A model generated the notes under the pieces. It searched no databases, was not told where the DNA came from, and saw only the letters and a program-made list of their open reading frames with translations. From NCBI GenBank assembly GCA_038065315.1, contig JBBTRF010000001.1:161642-225641 (forward strand): DNA of 64,000 nucleotides. Reading direction: 5' to 3'. Made by a program: the position numbers and the translations under genes. This document shows positions 19,359 to 29,517 of this stretch, piece after piece. Position 1 is the stretch's first letter; each line of letters opens with the position of its first letter. The DNA comes from Patescibacteria group bacterium (GTDB lineage: Bacteria; Patescibacteriota; Minisyncoccia; Phycocordibacterales; JBBTRF01).

Positions 19359-19574
19359 TTACAATCGTTTAGTAATTCGTCCTTTGCCGCCGTACGGATC
19401 AACCTCCACTTTCACCTTGTCTCCGATCAGGACTCGAATGTGATTCATTCTCATCTTGCCCGCGAGATAGGCCATCATTTCCGTCTCTTGGCCATCGAGT
19501 CTCACCTTAAACAAGGTATTCGGAAGCGCCTCGGTGACGACTCCTAAAACGCCTGTATCTGGTTTTTTCTCCAT
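19359..19574 (-). CDS. infA: Translation initiation factor IF-1
   Basis: 71 aa, [63 protein letters not shown]; an S1-like OB fold typical of IF-1. Confidence 0.9.
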   Translation of the reverse strand: MEKKPDTGVLGVVTEALPNTLFKVRLDGQETEMMAYLAGKMRMNHIRVLIGDKVKVEVDPYGGKGRITKRL

Positions 19575-19654
19575 ATATAAATCCTGTAAAAACAGTGAAT
19601 AGCATCATAACAAAAATAGGCCACAAAAGTCAAGTGTCTGGCTGTGGATTGGCG

Positions 19655-20911
19655 CTACAGCTCTGGTTCTACGACGGTAATACGGGCGACGTCATCTGGG
19701 AACGTGCTCCGCCAGAATGGTCGAACTACCGCCTTCATCGGGGTGACTTCGCTGAAATTCGCCATGATTTCCTTGAACTGAGCCGTTTTCTGAGATACCA
19801 GAGCGGCTGAGATGTTAGCAGCATTATAGAGCCACACGAAGCTCGCCGTGCCAGAAACCGCCAATTTCACCGGGTCACGATCGAAGACCCCTATCGACAT
19901 GTTCTGCGGGACGATTTCAAGACCTTCAAGCGTCGATAGGTCAATTGGTTTTTCATCGTAGCCATTCAATTGCTTCGTCGCGACAGCCATGGCGAGCGCC
20001 TTTCGTTCCATCACCAGTCCAGTAAGCACTACCTTCTGCGTCAAAATAACAGTATCGGTATCTTTGTTCTGATTCGGCAGCTGCTCGACATTAAACAGTG
20101 TCGCTCGATCGAAGAAAGCATAGCCAGCGGGAGTCTGCGCTGCAGCAGATGTTAGGAGACGAGCCTTGAGGTCAGCAATCATCGAATCACGAGCCGCCTT
20201 TTCATCGGCAGGCTTCACCACCCGAACTACCCCCTTGCTACCTCCGGTCATAGCTGTTTTTGAACGCGCGTAGATATTTTTATACTTGGTCGGACTGGTT
20301 TTAAATCCTGGAATAGTAAAGTCTGTGAGGCCGATGTTGTAATCGGAACCTGCAGTGTCGGCATAGACCGTGACCTCAATACTTCCGGGCACTGTTCCCT
20401 TCTTTCCTGGAACAGTGACCGGCTCAGAGATTCGGTAGATCAATCCTTCTGGTGTTTGGAAACGGGTATTACGAATGAGGCGCTGGGTGGATGCACTGTC
20501 ATTATTGTAGATCACTATCTGACCCGATGCTTTTTTCTCCTCCATGCGCGTACCCTGTGCAAGCACTTCTTTTTGGAGTTGATCTGAGAGTGTGACAAGC
20601 TGATATTGCAGATCGGAACCCTTCACTGAAGCAGTCTTGCTGGCCAACAGCGTGGTATTTACCGCCACTTTCTGACTAAGTGGAAGGACGGTGATAGTGG
20701 CACCAATAAAAAACGTGGAGACAACATAGAAAAGCACGCCGATACAGACGACGACCAGTGCCCAAAGAATACTGCGACGGATTTTTGCATGCGAATCATG
20801 GCCAGTATCGTTTCCACCTCCGCGCGCAGACGGTGAGCGGAGTGAAGCAGGGATAATCCGAATACTTCGTCGTTCTGAAGGTCGCACATCATTGATAATA
20901 GGCCTCGACAT
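19655..20911 (-). CDS. Membrane-anchored hypothetical protein (Arg-rich cytoplasmic N-terminus, one TM, about 340-aa extracytoplasmic domain)
   Basis: ILWALVVVCIGVLFYVVSTFFIGA TM helix; no recognisable catalytic motif; start placed at the ATG at 20911 (MSRPIINDVRP). Confidence 0.45.
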   Translation of the reverse strand: MSRPIINDVRPSERRSIRIIPASLRSPSARGGGNDTGHDSHAKIRRSILWALVVVCIGVLFYVVSTFFIGATITVLPLSQKVAVNTTLLASKTASVKGSDLQYQLVTLSDQLQKEVLAQGTRMEEKKASGQIVIYNNDSASTQRLIRNTRFQTPEGLIYRISEPVTVPGKKGTVPGSIEVTVYADTAGSDYNIGLTDFTIPGFKTSPTKYKNIYARSKTAMTGGSKGVVRVVKPADEKAARDSMIADLKARLLTSAAAQTPAGYAFFDRATLFNVEQLPNQNKDTDTVILTQKVVLTGLVMERKALAMAVATKQLNGYDEKPIDLSTLEGLEIVPQNMSIGVFDRDPVKLAVSGTASFVWLYNAANISAALVSQKTAQFKEIMANFSEVTPMKAVVRPFWRSTFPDDVARITVVEPEL

Positions 20912-20987
20912 ATCGGTAGTATAGCAAATTTTCACGCGTTGTACCCGTGAAAAACTGTTGATAAAGGGTATTAAACCTCAGGTCACC

Positions 20988-22235
20988 TTATCCGATCTTT
21001 GAAATAAATAGTGCGCTAATGAGCAAGTTCACCGCGTGTACTTCTGGCGCATCCACTTCGTAGTGTTTCTTGAGAAAAGCCCGATCAAGAGAGATCACCG
21101 AGAATGGCGTACCGTCTGAGGCACCGTGACCGAGCGAATGATCAGAGACGAGTTCCGCAAAAAAGGATTGTAGTCGGTCTTCAGCGACAACAATCATCGT
21201 GCCTGGCACAAAACACTCTTCAGACAACAGGCCGATAGACTCCGAGACCGAGCTTTGCCACTCGCTCGAAGCTTTTTTAAGAAGCGGAGCGACTTTCGCC
21301 TTTGTTTCATCCGACAAAGCATCAAGGCCGTGTAGAGAAAGAACCGAAAGGGCCGTCTCTGGAGAAATACCCGCGCCTTTTTTCAGAGCACGGAGAAAAT
21401 GCTCCGCTCCCATCGGCACGGTGATCGTCTGCATCGCCACACCCTTCTTCACAATAGTAAAATCCGACACCTCACCATCAACATCCACCAACAAAAAATG
21501 CTGCGGGATGGATGGCACATTGCGCACCACTGAAACAGTGACGAGCGGAAACGTATGGAAATCAATCACTGCTCGGCGAAATACCCCCTGCACCTGTGCT
21601 CGCACTTGTTTCAATAGCTCACTACCAACAATACTGAAATACAGAGCAACGTCCATTTCTTTGTACTTCTTCCCTTTTGGCTGAGCGGTCTCGTAGCCGT
21701 TTAAGGAAATTCCGACAATATGCTTCTCGACAAGCTCAAGCTCCTCATGAAAGCGTTCACCGAATTCGCTCGTCGCAAAGGCGTCGCAGAACGTATGTGC
21801 TTCACGCAGCACCAATTCATCGAGCGACTTCTCCGAAAAAGGCTCCGGGGTATCTTTCACTTCACGGATGATCTTTGTCTGCGACAGAAACCATGGCGAG
21901 GCGAAGGTGCAGTGGACCGAGAGCACGGCATCTGCTCTCAATGAGCCTATCTTTGTAAAAGTGAGGTGAGGGAGGCCTTCTTTTTCGATCCGCTCTATCA
22001 CCTTTTTCAACACCAGTACGATTGCCTCATTCATATCCTCATTCGGACGATGTAAGGGAAAAGTCTCGTCGCAAGAAAAGAGGATCTTTGGAGCATGACA
22101 CAGACCCGACGGTGAATGCATGTCGCCGCAATCTCGCAGTGCCAATGCACCGGAGACTCTCTCGCCCTCGATATGGATCAGGACGACCGGTTCTTTTTCC
22201 TTCCTCGAATGCGTACCAAAAGACAGCAGACTCAT
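20988..22235 (-). CDS. Hypothetical protein, 415 aa (possible actin-like ATPase fold such as PilM/FtsA-like; weak)
   Basis: Protein-like composition; N-terminal VVLIHIEGERVSGALA loosely resembles the phosphate-1 loop of actin-like ATPases. No firm motif. Confidence 0.4.
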   Translation of the reverse strand: MSLLSFGTHSRKEKEPVVLIHIEGERVSGALALRDCGDMHSPSGLCHAPKILFSCDETFPLHRPNEDMNEAIVLVLKKVIERIEKEGLPHLTFTKIGSLRADAVLSVHCTFASPWFLSQTKIIREVKDTPEPFSEKSLDELVLREAHTFCDAFATSEFGERFHEELELVEKHIVGISLNGYETAQPKGKKYKEMDVALYFSIVGSELLKQVRAQVQGVFRRAVIDFHTFPLVTVSVVRNVPSIPQHFLLVDVDGEVSDFTIVKKGVAMQTITVPMGAEHFLRALKKGAGISPETALSVLSLHGLDALSDETKAKVAPLLKKASSEWQSSVSESIGLLSEECFVPGTMIVVAEDRLQSFFAELVSDHSLGHGASDGTPFSVISLDRAFLKKHYEVDAPEVHAVNLLISALFISKIG

Positions 22236-22273
22236 GCCAATATTGTATCACGAATCAAATCGTCCAGTTGTCA

Positions 22274-24244
22274 CTAAGCCAACACGGCCTTGATCCGTCG
22301 CACGCCGGCAGACACGGCTTCTTCTTTGGCGATCTTAAACCTCCACGCGCCTGCCGGCCCGGCGAGCTCCTTGGTATTTTTCACGTGAGGGCCACCGCAG
22401 AATTCTTTTGAGTAGGCGGTCTGCACAGCATCAATACCGGAGCCCTGCCCGCCGATAAAGTAGACGGTCACCTTGTCACCATATTTGTCACCAAAGAAAT
22501 GCAGGGCGCCCAACTTCTCAGCTTCAGCTTTCGGAAGCTCGATCACTTGCATCGGGAGTGCTGCTGAGATCTTCTCATTGATAATCGCCTCGACACGCTT
22601 CTTTTCGTCGTCGGTCATCTTGGTGCCATGAGCAAAATCGAAACGCAGTCGCTCTGCAGTGATGTTGCTACCCTTCTGCTGTACATGCGTACCAAGCACG
22701 TCGCGCAGTGCCTGATGAAGCAAGTGCGTCGCAGTGTGATACTTCACCGACATCTCATCGGCATCAGCAAGACCGCTTTTGAACTTTTGTGCAGCGCCTG
22801 CACGGGAAAGTGCTCTGTGTGCTTCGAGTAGACCATCTACTTCATCCCAACTATCGACTGTGATTTTTCTTAAACTCACTTCTTCCTTAATTAACTCCTT
22901 AGGGAAACCGTAAGTAGTAATTAATTTAAACACTTGTTCCGAAGTCAGAACATTATTATACGGCTGCTTGAAAAATTCATTCTTTTGTTCTTGCGTACTG
23001 ACGATCCCAGACTTTATTCTTATAAACTCGTCAAATACTTTCAGACCGTCTTTAAGAGTCTTTCTAAAGCGTTCTTCCTCAGCTTCGATTTCTTTCCTGA
23101 CGGACTCAGTCTTCGCCACAAGTTCTGGATACGCCTCCTGATACATTGAAACAACCACTTCGACGAGGCCGGAGAGAACACTTTTCGTGACACCGAGTGA
23201 ATCACTGAACCGCACCGCTCGTCGCAACAGGCGACGCACGTAGTATCCCTGATCGGTATTCGAGGGAAGCACGCCATCCGCGATCAAAAAGACCGATGCC
23301 TTCATGTGGTCGGCGATGATTCGGAAAGCTTTTGTCTGAGCCGCATCAACACCATACTTCTTCCCGGAGACGCTTTCGATATAGTCGAGGATCGGACGGT
23401 GATTCACTTCGATGATATCGGCACAATCGGCAGTCGCCATCGCGAGCCGCTCCAAGCCGCCACCGAAGTCGACATTGCTTTTTGGAAGTTTTGAAAATGT
23501 GCCGTCGACATTCTTCTTGTACTCCATGAACACGTTGTTGCCAATCTCAAGGAAGCGGCCGCAGTCGCAGTTTGGGTGACAGTGCGGACCAAACTTTGTG
23601 TCGTGAGCGACGTCGGAAAATTCAAAAAACATTTCGGAGTCAGCACCACCTGGCTCGCCTGCCGGCATCTTCTCTGGCACGCCAGCGCGGCTCCACCAAT
23701 TCTTCTTGGCGTCATAGTAAAAGATGCGACCGCCCTGCATGCCTACTTGGTAGCCATTTTCTTCGCTGCCGATCTCGACTTCTTTTGTCTCAATCCCTTT
23801 TTGCGCAAAGAGTTTTTTCCACAGAGCCGCGGCTTCGGTGTCTTTCGGGATGTGGTTTTTCTCGTCGCCGATGAAAGCGGTCACATAGAGCTTGTTCGGA
23901 TCGATGCCGATCTCTTCTGTGAGGAATTGAAACATCCATTCGATCTGATCTTTCTTGAAATAATCGCCGAGCGACCAATTGCCGAGCATCTCAAAAAAAG
24001 TGGTGTGGCGATTGTCGCCGACTTCATCAATATCAACGGTGCGGAAAGACTTCTGCGAATCCGCAATACGTGTACCGAGCGGATGCGCTTCGCCGAGCAG
24101 GTACGGCACCATTGGCTGCATGCCGGAACCGGTGAAGAGAGTTGTTGGGTCGTTCTCAGGCACGAGCGGCGCCGACGGAACAATGGCATGGCCCCGCTTC
24201 TCAAAGAATTTCAGATACCGGCTGCGGATGTCGTGGGATTTCAT
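22274..24244 (-). CDS. alaS: Alanine--tRNA ligase, short form lacking the C-terminal oligomerisation/DHHA1 domain
   Basis: RYLKFFEKRGHAIVPSAPLVP...FTGSGMQPM class II motif; HxxxH...CGGxH editing-domain zinc motif (HTATHLLHQAL...CGGPHV); only about 656 aa versus about 870 in full-length AlaRS. Start set at the Met preceding the conserved N-terminus (ATG at 24244). Confidence 0.9.
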   Translation of the reverse strand: MKSHDIRSRYLKFFEKRGHAIVPSAPLVPENDPTTLFTGSGMQPMVPYLLGEAHPLGTRIADSQKSFRTVDIDEVGDNRHTTFFEMLGNWSLGDYFKKDQIEWMFQFLTEEIGIDPNKLYVTAFIGDEKNHIPKDTEAAALWKKLFAQKGIETKEVEIGSEENGYQVGMQGGRIFYYDAKKNWWSRAGVPEKMPAGEPGGADSEMFFEFSDVAHDTKFGPHCHPNCDCGRFLEIGNNVFMEYKKNVDGTFSKLPKSNVDFGGGLERLAMATADCADIIEVNHRPILDYIESVSGKKYGVDAAQTKAFRIIADHMKASVFLIADGVLPSNTDQGYYVRRLLRRAVRFSDSLGVTKSVLSGLVEVVVSMYQEAYPELVAKTESVRKEIEAEEERFRKTLKDGLKVFDEFIRIKSGIVSTQEQKNEFFKQPYNNVLTSEQVFKLITTYGFPKELIKEEVSLRKITVDSWDEVDGLLEAHRALSRAGAAQKFKSGLADADEMSVKYHTATHLLHQALRDVLGTHVQQKGSNITAERLRFDFAHGTKMTDDEKKRVEAIINEKISAALPMQVIELPKAEAEKLGALHFFGDKYGDKVTVYFIGGQGSGIDAVQTAYSKEFCGGPHVKNTKELAGPAGAWRFKIAKEEAVSAGVRRIKAVLA

Positions 24245-24530
24245 TGAAAACAATACTCGGTTTAATTGGTAGCTTTCTTTAATGTATTCAACGTTCTTCG
24301 CATCCACTCCGGGTCTTGTGCGGCGCAGTGGTCAAAAATGAGATCAAAGCCGCCTTCTTCCTTGAGAAGCAGTTCCTTGAGTTCACGTCGCTCCACTTCA
24401 GTAAAAGACTGACTGCCCTCTGGGTTTGGTTGCGATGAAGTTTCCATGTGTATTCGAGGTATTTAGCGTGGTCGAATCTGTAGAAAACAGTATAGCAAAA
24501 AGGCCGAAAATCGGCCATTTTCGAGGGGTA

Positions 24531-24560
24531 TTGACTTTTTACTACTTATTGTGCTATAAT
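24531..24560 (+). promoter_or_regulatory. sigma70-like promoter TTGACT-N18-TATAAT upstream of the 24612 ORF
   Basis: TTGACT 24531-24536, TATAAT 24555-24560. Confidence 0.4.
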
Positions 24561-24611
24561 ACATTTCAGGAAAGGACGGGCTGAGTAAACCAACAGCTCA
24601 AGCAGAAAAAC

Positions 24612-25055
24612 ATGAAAAAGTTCCTCGAAAAATGGCGCGCAGCTCTTTGTGCGATCGCCGTAATGGCAGTAATCCCCGTTGGCATCATTGCATATCCAAT
24701 GCTCAAGCTCTCTGGCGAGAACAAGATCGTGGTGGAAACCCTCTACAGCGACGGCATCATGCCAGCCATGAACTCAGATGACGGCTTCACCGGTGAGATT
24801 ATCAAGGTGGTAACGCCGACGAAAAGCAAGGTCGTGATGCTCGGCATACGGCAGTCGTCCGTGCGACCCGGCAGCGAGGTCATCAACAACGTCGCAAACG
24901 CAATCTTCTTTGCCATCGGCGACGAGACGATGCGGGTGGGCGAGAAAGTCCATGTCAGGAAGTATTGGCACGCGCCGCACAACCAACTCAGCCAAAACTA
25001 CACCGTCTGGCTCGCTGCCAAGCTCGACACCAACCAGGTCGCCGAGAAGAAGTAG
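24612..25055 (+). CDS. Signal-anchored/secreted hypothetical protein
   Basis: N-terminal hydrophobic segment ALCAIAVMAVIPVGIIAYP; 147 aa; one of the few plus-strand genes. Confidence 0.45.
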   Translation: MKKFLEKWRAALCAIAVMAVIPVGIIAYPMLKLSGENKIVVETLYSDGIMPAMNSDDGFTGEIIKVVTPTKSKVVMLGIRQSSVRPGSEVINNVANAIFFAIGDETMRVGEKVHVRKYWHAPHNQLSQNYTVWLAAKLDTNQVAEKK

Positions 25056-25141
25056 CCAACGAAAACCAAAGGTACGCCGACTACCTCTCGCAAGAGAAAT
25101 TGTCGGAACAACTGCAACACTTGTTGCGGTTTTTTGTTTCC

Positions 25142-26953
25142 CTACTTAATCATCCCCGCCCCTTTGGCCAGCTTCTCGAGACGTGCGATGTCGTCCTCAA
25201 TAGCGCGAATGCCGTCGGCGAAGAATTCGGGTTTGGTGACGTCGATACCGATGTCCTTGAAAATATCCTCTGGCGACTTGCTGCTGCCGGCGCTCAAAAA
25301 CTGCTCGATCTTTTTCAGATAGCTCTTGTCCTGCTTGTATCGCTGATACAGCGCGCGCGAGATCAAAAAGCCGTACGCATAAGTGTATGTATAGAAGAAA
25401 TAGCGAATATGCACCCACCAGACAAAGCGGTAGCCGTCGTCCGGATGCAGCTTCACATTTGGCCCGAGGTAGGCGGCCATTTCTTTGTTCAAGAGCGCAG
25501 CGATCTCAACACCCGACAATGCACCCTTCTCGCGAATCGCACGATGCAACGCCAGCTCAAAGTTGAAGCAAGCTACTTGGGTAAACACGGTCATGATGGC
25601 GTCGTTGATACGGTCATGGAGCGCAATGATCTTTTCTTTTTCAGTCAATGTCGCAAACACCTCTTCGAAAGCAAAGTTTTCAAACAAGGTGCTCGCCGTC
25701 TCGGCTACCGAGGTCGAGAAACCGCGCGACAGTATAGGCTGGCGTGCATTGCTGAGCTCGCTATGAATTGCATGCCCCATCTCATGCGCCAAAGTCATCA
25801 CGCCATCCATAGTGCCCGAATGATTGAGCAAAATGAATGATGGCAACACGGTACCGCACGTGCAGAAACCGCCGCCTCGCTTCCCTTTGCGAGGAAACAC
25901 ATCGATCTGTCCATTCTTCAAAAATCGCTCGAAGATTTCGACATACTGTGGACCAACCTTTTCGAAGGCTCGCGTCGTGATCTGCACCGCCTCATCAAAA
26001 TTCACCTTTCGCGACACCTTCCCGACATCCGCACCACGATCGGCAAATTCGAGCTTCGGCACCTTGAGCAATTTCGCCTTCAGCTTGTGGAAACGGTGCG
26101 CCACCGGAAAGGCCCTGGTCGTCGTGTTCACGAGATTCAAGACAGTCGCCTCGTCGTTTTGGTACCCGAGCAAGGTCGCGGTGTACGGCTCCTTCAAGCC
26201 GCGAAGTTCATCATTAATTTTCTTGTCGGTGCAGATCGCATTCATCTCCGCCTCAGCAAAAGCGCCGATATCCTTCAGCTTCGTTCGTACATCCGCCCAA
26301 AGTTTCCGTCGGGTCTTCAGTGGCAAGCTTGGAATCTTGTTGATCGCCTCTGCAATTGGAATAGTCTTCCCTGCGAGCTTCACCGTCTGCGCCGCAAGCA
26401 GTTTGGCATGACCATCTACCCAGAGCGAATAGGACGGGAGCGACTTCAGATTGAGAATTTTCTCCTCAGCCTCGGAAAGATCGTACTTACTCGTGTCAAA
26501 AATATGCTTCAAGTAGTATCGAAATTGTTCGAGCTTTTTGCTCTTGAGGAAACGCGCCTGTGCCTCAGGAGCAATCTTGCCGAGCATCAACGGGAAGAAG
26601 ACAATTTTGTTGCCTGTCTTTGCCAACCGTGCCGAGAGCGCTGTGCTTTTCGCTTCGGCCACCGTATCGGCTGAATTGATCTCGCGCACCATGCCGAGAT
26701 AAAAAGCTGGCTTGAAACCCGCACCGATCTCGCAGAGTTTCTGCCAATCGGTGAGCGCCACAAGTAACGCATCTTCGTCCGTCATGTATGCCGGAGTAGC
26801 TACCCCCTGAGGCTTGTACTTTTTTTCAAAAGAGTCATTCGCCGCCTCGAGCTTCTTCACATCCGCCTCGATACGCGGATCCTCGTGGGAAGAGTAGAAC
26901 ATACCCAGATTCCACTCAGTACAATATGCCGGCTTTTTTGCAGTCTTTTTCAT
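25142..26953 (-). CDS. pepF: Oligoendopeptidase F (M3B family metallopeptidase)
   Basis: HEMGHAIHSE zinc-binding HExxH motif in the M3 context; 603 aa. Confidence 0.85.
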   Translation of the reverse strand: MKKTAKKPAYCTEWNLGMFYSSHEDPRIEADVKKLEAANDSFEKKYKPQGVATPAYMTDEDALLVALTDWQKLCEIGAGFKPAFYLGMVREINSADTVAEAKSTALSARLAKTGNKIVFFPLMLGKIAPEAQARFLKSKKLEQFRYYLKHIFDTSKYDLSEAEEKILNLKSLPSYSLWVDGHAKLLAAQTVKLAGKTIPIAEAINKIPSLPLKTRRKLWADVRTKLKDIGAFAEAEMNAICTDKKINDELRGLKEPYTATLLGYQNDEATVLNLVNTTTRAFPVAHRFHKLKAKLLKVPKLEFADRGADVGKVSRKVNFDEAVQITTRAFEKVGPQYVEIFERFLKNGQIDVFPRKGKRGGGFCTCGTVLPSFILLNHSGTMDGVMTLAHEMGHAIHSELSNARQPILSRGFSTSVAETASTLFENFAFEEVFATLTEKEKIIALHDRINDAIMTVFTQVACFNFELALHRAIREKGALSGVEIAALLNKEMAAYLGPNVKLHPDDGYRFVWWVHIRYFFYTYTYAYGFLISRALYQRYKQDKSYLKKIEQFLSAGSSKSPEDIFKDIGIDVTKPEFFADGIRAIEDDIARLEKLAKGAGMIK

Positions 26954-26994
26954 GCCCTACACTATACGTCAAAAAGGCGGCGGCGCAAAACGGG

Positions 26995-27858
26995 CTAGCA
27001 CACGCTCGCCAACTCCTCTTTCACTTCGGCGATTTTGCTGGACGAGAGGCCTATCGAGGTCAGTACAGACGGATCGGCATTGAGTGCCTTGCACAGTACG
27101 ATGCCTCGACGAAAGAGTTCCTGTCGGTGACTGTCGCTGAGCGTGCTGATGCAGGTGAGCGGATGCAGGCCAGACTCCTCGATCCACTGTTCGAGGTTTT
27201 CTTTTTCTGGATAGTTCCAGCCGATCATTTTTAGGCCGGCACATTTGCCATAATCGATAGCGGTCTGAGTAAATTTTGTATTCGTCACCAGCCAGCCCTC
27301 GCCAAATGGACGCTTCTTGCCGCCGTAATCAAAACTCTGCGAGCGTAGGTCATCAAATCGTGCCTTCACATAAAGGGCAACCTTCAGGTCGGTCTTAAAT
27401 CCGAGCTCGTTGTGGAATTTCAATTCGCACATGATGAGGTCTGGGCCAGCGAGGACAGCCGTCTCGGTCGCGCCGTCTTTGTACGCCACCACGTCCACTT
27501 CATGCGGTACACAGGCACCCCGCACTGTCTGGTCGGTGAGGGCAGTGTAGCCTTTTGCACGGAATACTTCGGCGATAAATTTCTCGAAGGGAAAGCCGGT
27601 GGGGCCGAGGCCGGCGAGGGCGCGGCGAAGAGAATACTTCGCCGCTACCGGCTTCTGGTGCTGCCGCAACAGATTGAATGCGTGATGATAGATATCGTTC
27701 GTCGTCACTCCTTCCACCAATTCACCTTGAATGTGCGCAACAATCTTCTCGATGACGGCATCGTCTGCTCCAACACGCTTCAACGAATAAACAAGCTTCT
27801 CCGGACGGAAAGCTTGTTTACTACCATCAGCCTTTAAAATATGTACTGAGGAATTCAT
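26995..27858 (-). CDS. ATP-cone domain fused to a PD-(D/E)xK (Mrr/restriction-endonuclease-like) nuclease domain
   Basis: N-terminal VHILKADGSKQAFRPEKLVYSL (ATP-cone, as in NrdR/RNR); C-terminal HEVDVVAY ... IMCELKFH gives a D...E-x-K nuclease signature as in Mrr_cat. Confidence 0.55.
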   Translation of the reverse strand: MNSSVHILKADGSKQAFRPEKLVYSLKRVGADDAVIEKIVAHIQGELVEGVTTNDIYHHAFNLLRQHQKPVAAKYSLRRALAGLGPTGFPFEKFIAEVFRAKGYTALTDQTVRGACVPHEVDVVAYKDGATETAVLAGPDLIMCELKFHNELGFKTDLKVALYVKARFDDLRSQSFDYGGKKRPFGEGWLVTNTKFTQTAIDYGKCAGLKMIGWNYPEKENLEQWIEESGLHPLTCISTLSDSHRQELFRRGIVLCKALNADPSVLTSIGLSSSKIAEVKEELASVC

Positions 27859-27870
27859 TCCTGCTCCCTA

Positions 27871-28344
27871 CTAGCCCTTGATATTGACGTTAAAACTGTC
27901 GAGATCTTGATTGTCTGGCACTTCAAACAAATTCAAACGGAGCTTCTTGCCATTGAGAGTCGCTGAGAGGAGAATATCCTTCACTGCCTCGAAAGATAGC
28001 TTGAAGGGCTTTGAGGTGATGACCTGGGCACACATCTCAGAGGTTGAAGTCGAGGTAAACACGAGAGTGTATCCAGTGGTGTTGTTGGCGTCTTTGTTGT
28101 ATGCACTTGCGAGAGAGTGACATGGGGTCGGTAGGTCGATCTCACCTACATAGATGTGTCGGCCATCCTTGTACTGATGCTTCACATTCACCATCTGAAC
28201 ATATTCATCCTGAGCAACCGGTGTCTGTGTGGTATCACCCACATCAGGAGTACTTGGCGTCGAGAGCCAATAGATGCCGAGTGCCAACAAAACAATGACG
28301 ACTACGCCGATAACCCAGCTCTTCATGTTGCTATTTGATTCCAT
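27871..28344 (-). CDS. Secreted/signal-anchored hypothetical protein
   Basis: N-terminal TM/signal WVIGVVVIVLLALGIYWL; 157 aa. Confidence 0.45.
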   Translation of the reverse strand: MESNSNMKSWVIGVVVIVLLALGIYWLSTPSTPDVGDTTQTPVAQDEYVQMVNVKHQYKDGRHIYVGEIDLPTPCHSLASAYNKDANNTTGYTLVFTSTSTSEMCAQVITSKPFKLSFEAVKDILLSATLNGKKLRLNLFEVPDNQDLDSFNVNIKG

Positions 28345-28386
28345 GTGAATGTGATGGTGAATATGCCCGAGTGAATAATACCTGTA

Positions 28387-29517
28387 TTATACTCCCTTCT
28401 CGATGATCCCGCCACCGACACAGACGCCGTTTTGATACAAAACCACCGACTGTCCAGCGGCCGCAGCAAATTGTGGTGCGGCAAAATGAAGCTGATATTG
28501 GGCACTTTTACCGGATATGGCCGTGATCGTGCATCGCTCGAGTGGCTGTCGATAGCGAATCCGCGCAGCACATTCAGCACCGTTTTTCACCGCTTGTCCA
28601 GTCCAACTGATGCTCCCGATGATGACAGTCGAGGTCGTGAGTGGGGACGCTTCAACATCACGTTGCGATACTGTAATGATATTTGCCTCAACATCCTTCG
28701 CGAAAACATACAATGGCTTGTCCGCAATCGTCTTTTCGGTGACCATGAAGCCGTGACGCTGTCCGAGTGTGAAGAATGTCGCGCCATCATGTGAGCCGAT
28801 CGTCTTCCCTGCCTCATCCAACACCTTGCCCGCATTTTTTGGAATATAGTGTGCGAGAAAATCCTTCATATCCACCTTGCCGATAAAACAGAGACCTTGG
28901 CTATCTTTCTTCTCGGCGGTCGGCAGCCCAAATTTCTGAGCGAGCTTCCGCACTTCAGGCTTCGTGAGATGGCCTATCGGAAATAGTATTTTCGAAAGTC
29001 GCTCCTGCGTGAGCGTCCACAAGAAGTATGTCTGGTCTTTGTCCGTGTCGGCAGATTCGCGCATTTCCCACAAGCCGACAGTGCCCGCTGCGGGATTGAA
29101 CATATTTTGTGCGTAATGCCCTGTCGCCACAGCGTCTGCACCCATCGCCAGCGCCTTTTTCAAAAAAGCACCGAATTTAATCTCCTTGTTGCACATCACG
29201 TCTGGATTCGGCGTGCGGCCGCGGCGATATTCTGCGATCATATAGTCCACCACCTCTTCTTTGTACTCTTTTTCGAGGTCAATGGTCACAAACGGAATAT
29301 CCAGCACGGCTGCCACTCGCATCGCATCGAGCCGCTCCTCTTTCCAATTGCACGGCAAAAAATCCGGTTGCCACACCTTCAAAAATACCCCTGTCACGTG
29401 GTACCCGGCCTCTTTGAGCAAAGCCGCTGACACGGAGCTGTCCACTCCACCAGACATGCCGACGAAGAGCTTCTTGCCTAAGGGTTTCTGCCCCTCTTTT
29501 TGTCGATCCTGAATCAT
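28387..29517 (-). CDS. mnmA: tRNA-specific 2-thiouridylase MnmA
   Basis: LFVGMSGGVDSSVSAALL PP-loop (SGGxDS) and conserved catalytic Cys context; 376 aa. Confidence 0.9.
   Translation of the reverse strand: MIQDRQKEGQKPLGKKLFVGMSGGVDSSVSAALLKEAGYHVTGVFLKVWQPDFLPCNWKEERLDAMRVAAVLDIPFVTIDLEKEYKEEVVDYMIAEYRRGRTPNPDVMCNKEIKFGAFLKKALAMGADAVATGHYAQNMFNPAAGTVGLWEMRESADTDKDQTYFLWTLTQERLSKILFPIGHLTKPEVRKLAQKFGLPTAEKKDSQGLCFIGKVDMKDFLAHYIPKNAGKVLDEAGKTIGSHDGATFFTLGQRHGFMVTEKTIADKPLYVFAKDVEANIITVSQRDVEASPLTTSTVIIGSISWTGQAVKNGAECAARIRYRQPLERCTITAISGKSAQYQLHFAAPQFAAAAGQSVVLYQNGVCVGGGIIEKGV

Noticed and set aside
23576-24247. 223-aa plus-strand ORF within alaS
   Set aside because: Antisense to AlaRS; no motif support.
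24500-24526. Hairpin GGCCGAAAATCGGCC with flanking T/A runs, as a terminator
   Set aside because: No minus-strand gene ends immediately upstream (pepF is separated by the plus-strand 24612 gene), and it overlaps the putative promoter region, so a function cannot be assigned.
25824-26674. Two roughly 195-aa plus-strand ORFs inside pepF
   Set aside because: Antisense to the M3 peptidase gene carrying the HEMGH motif.
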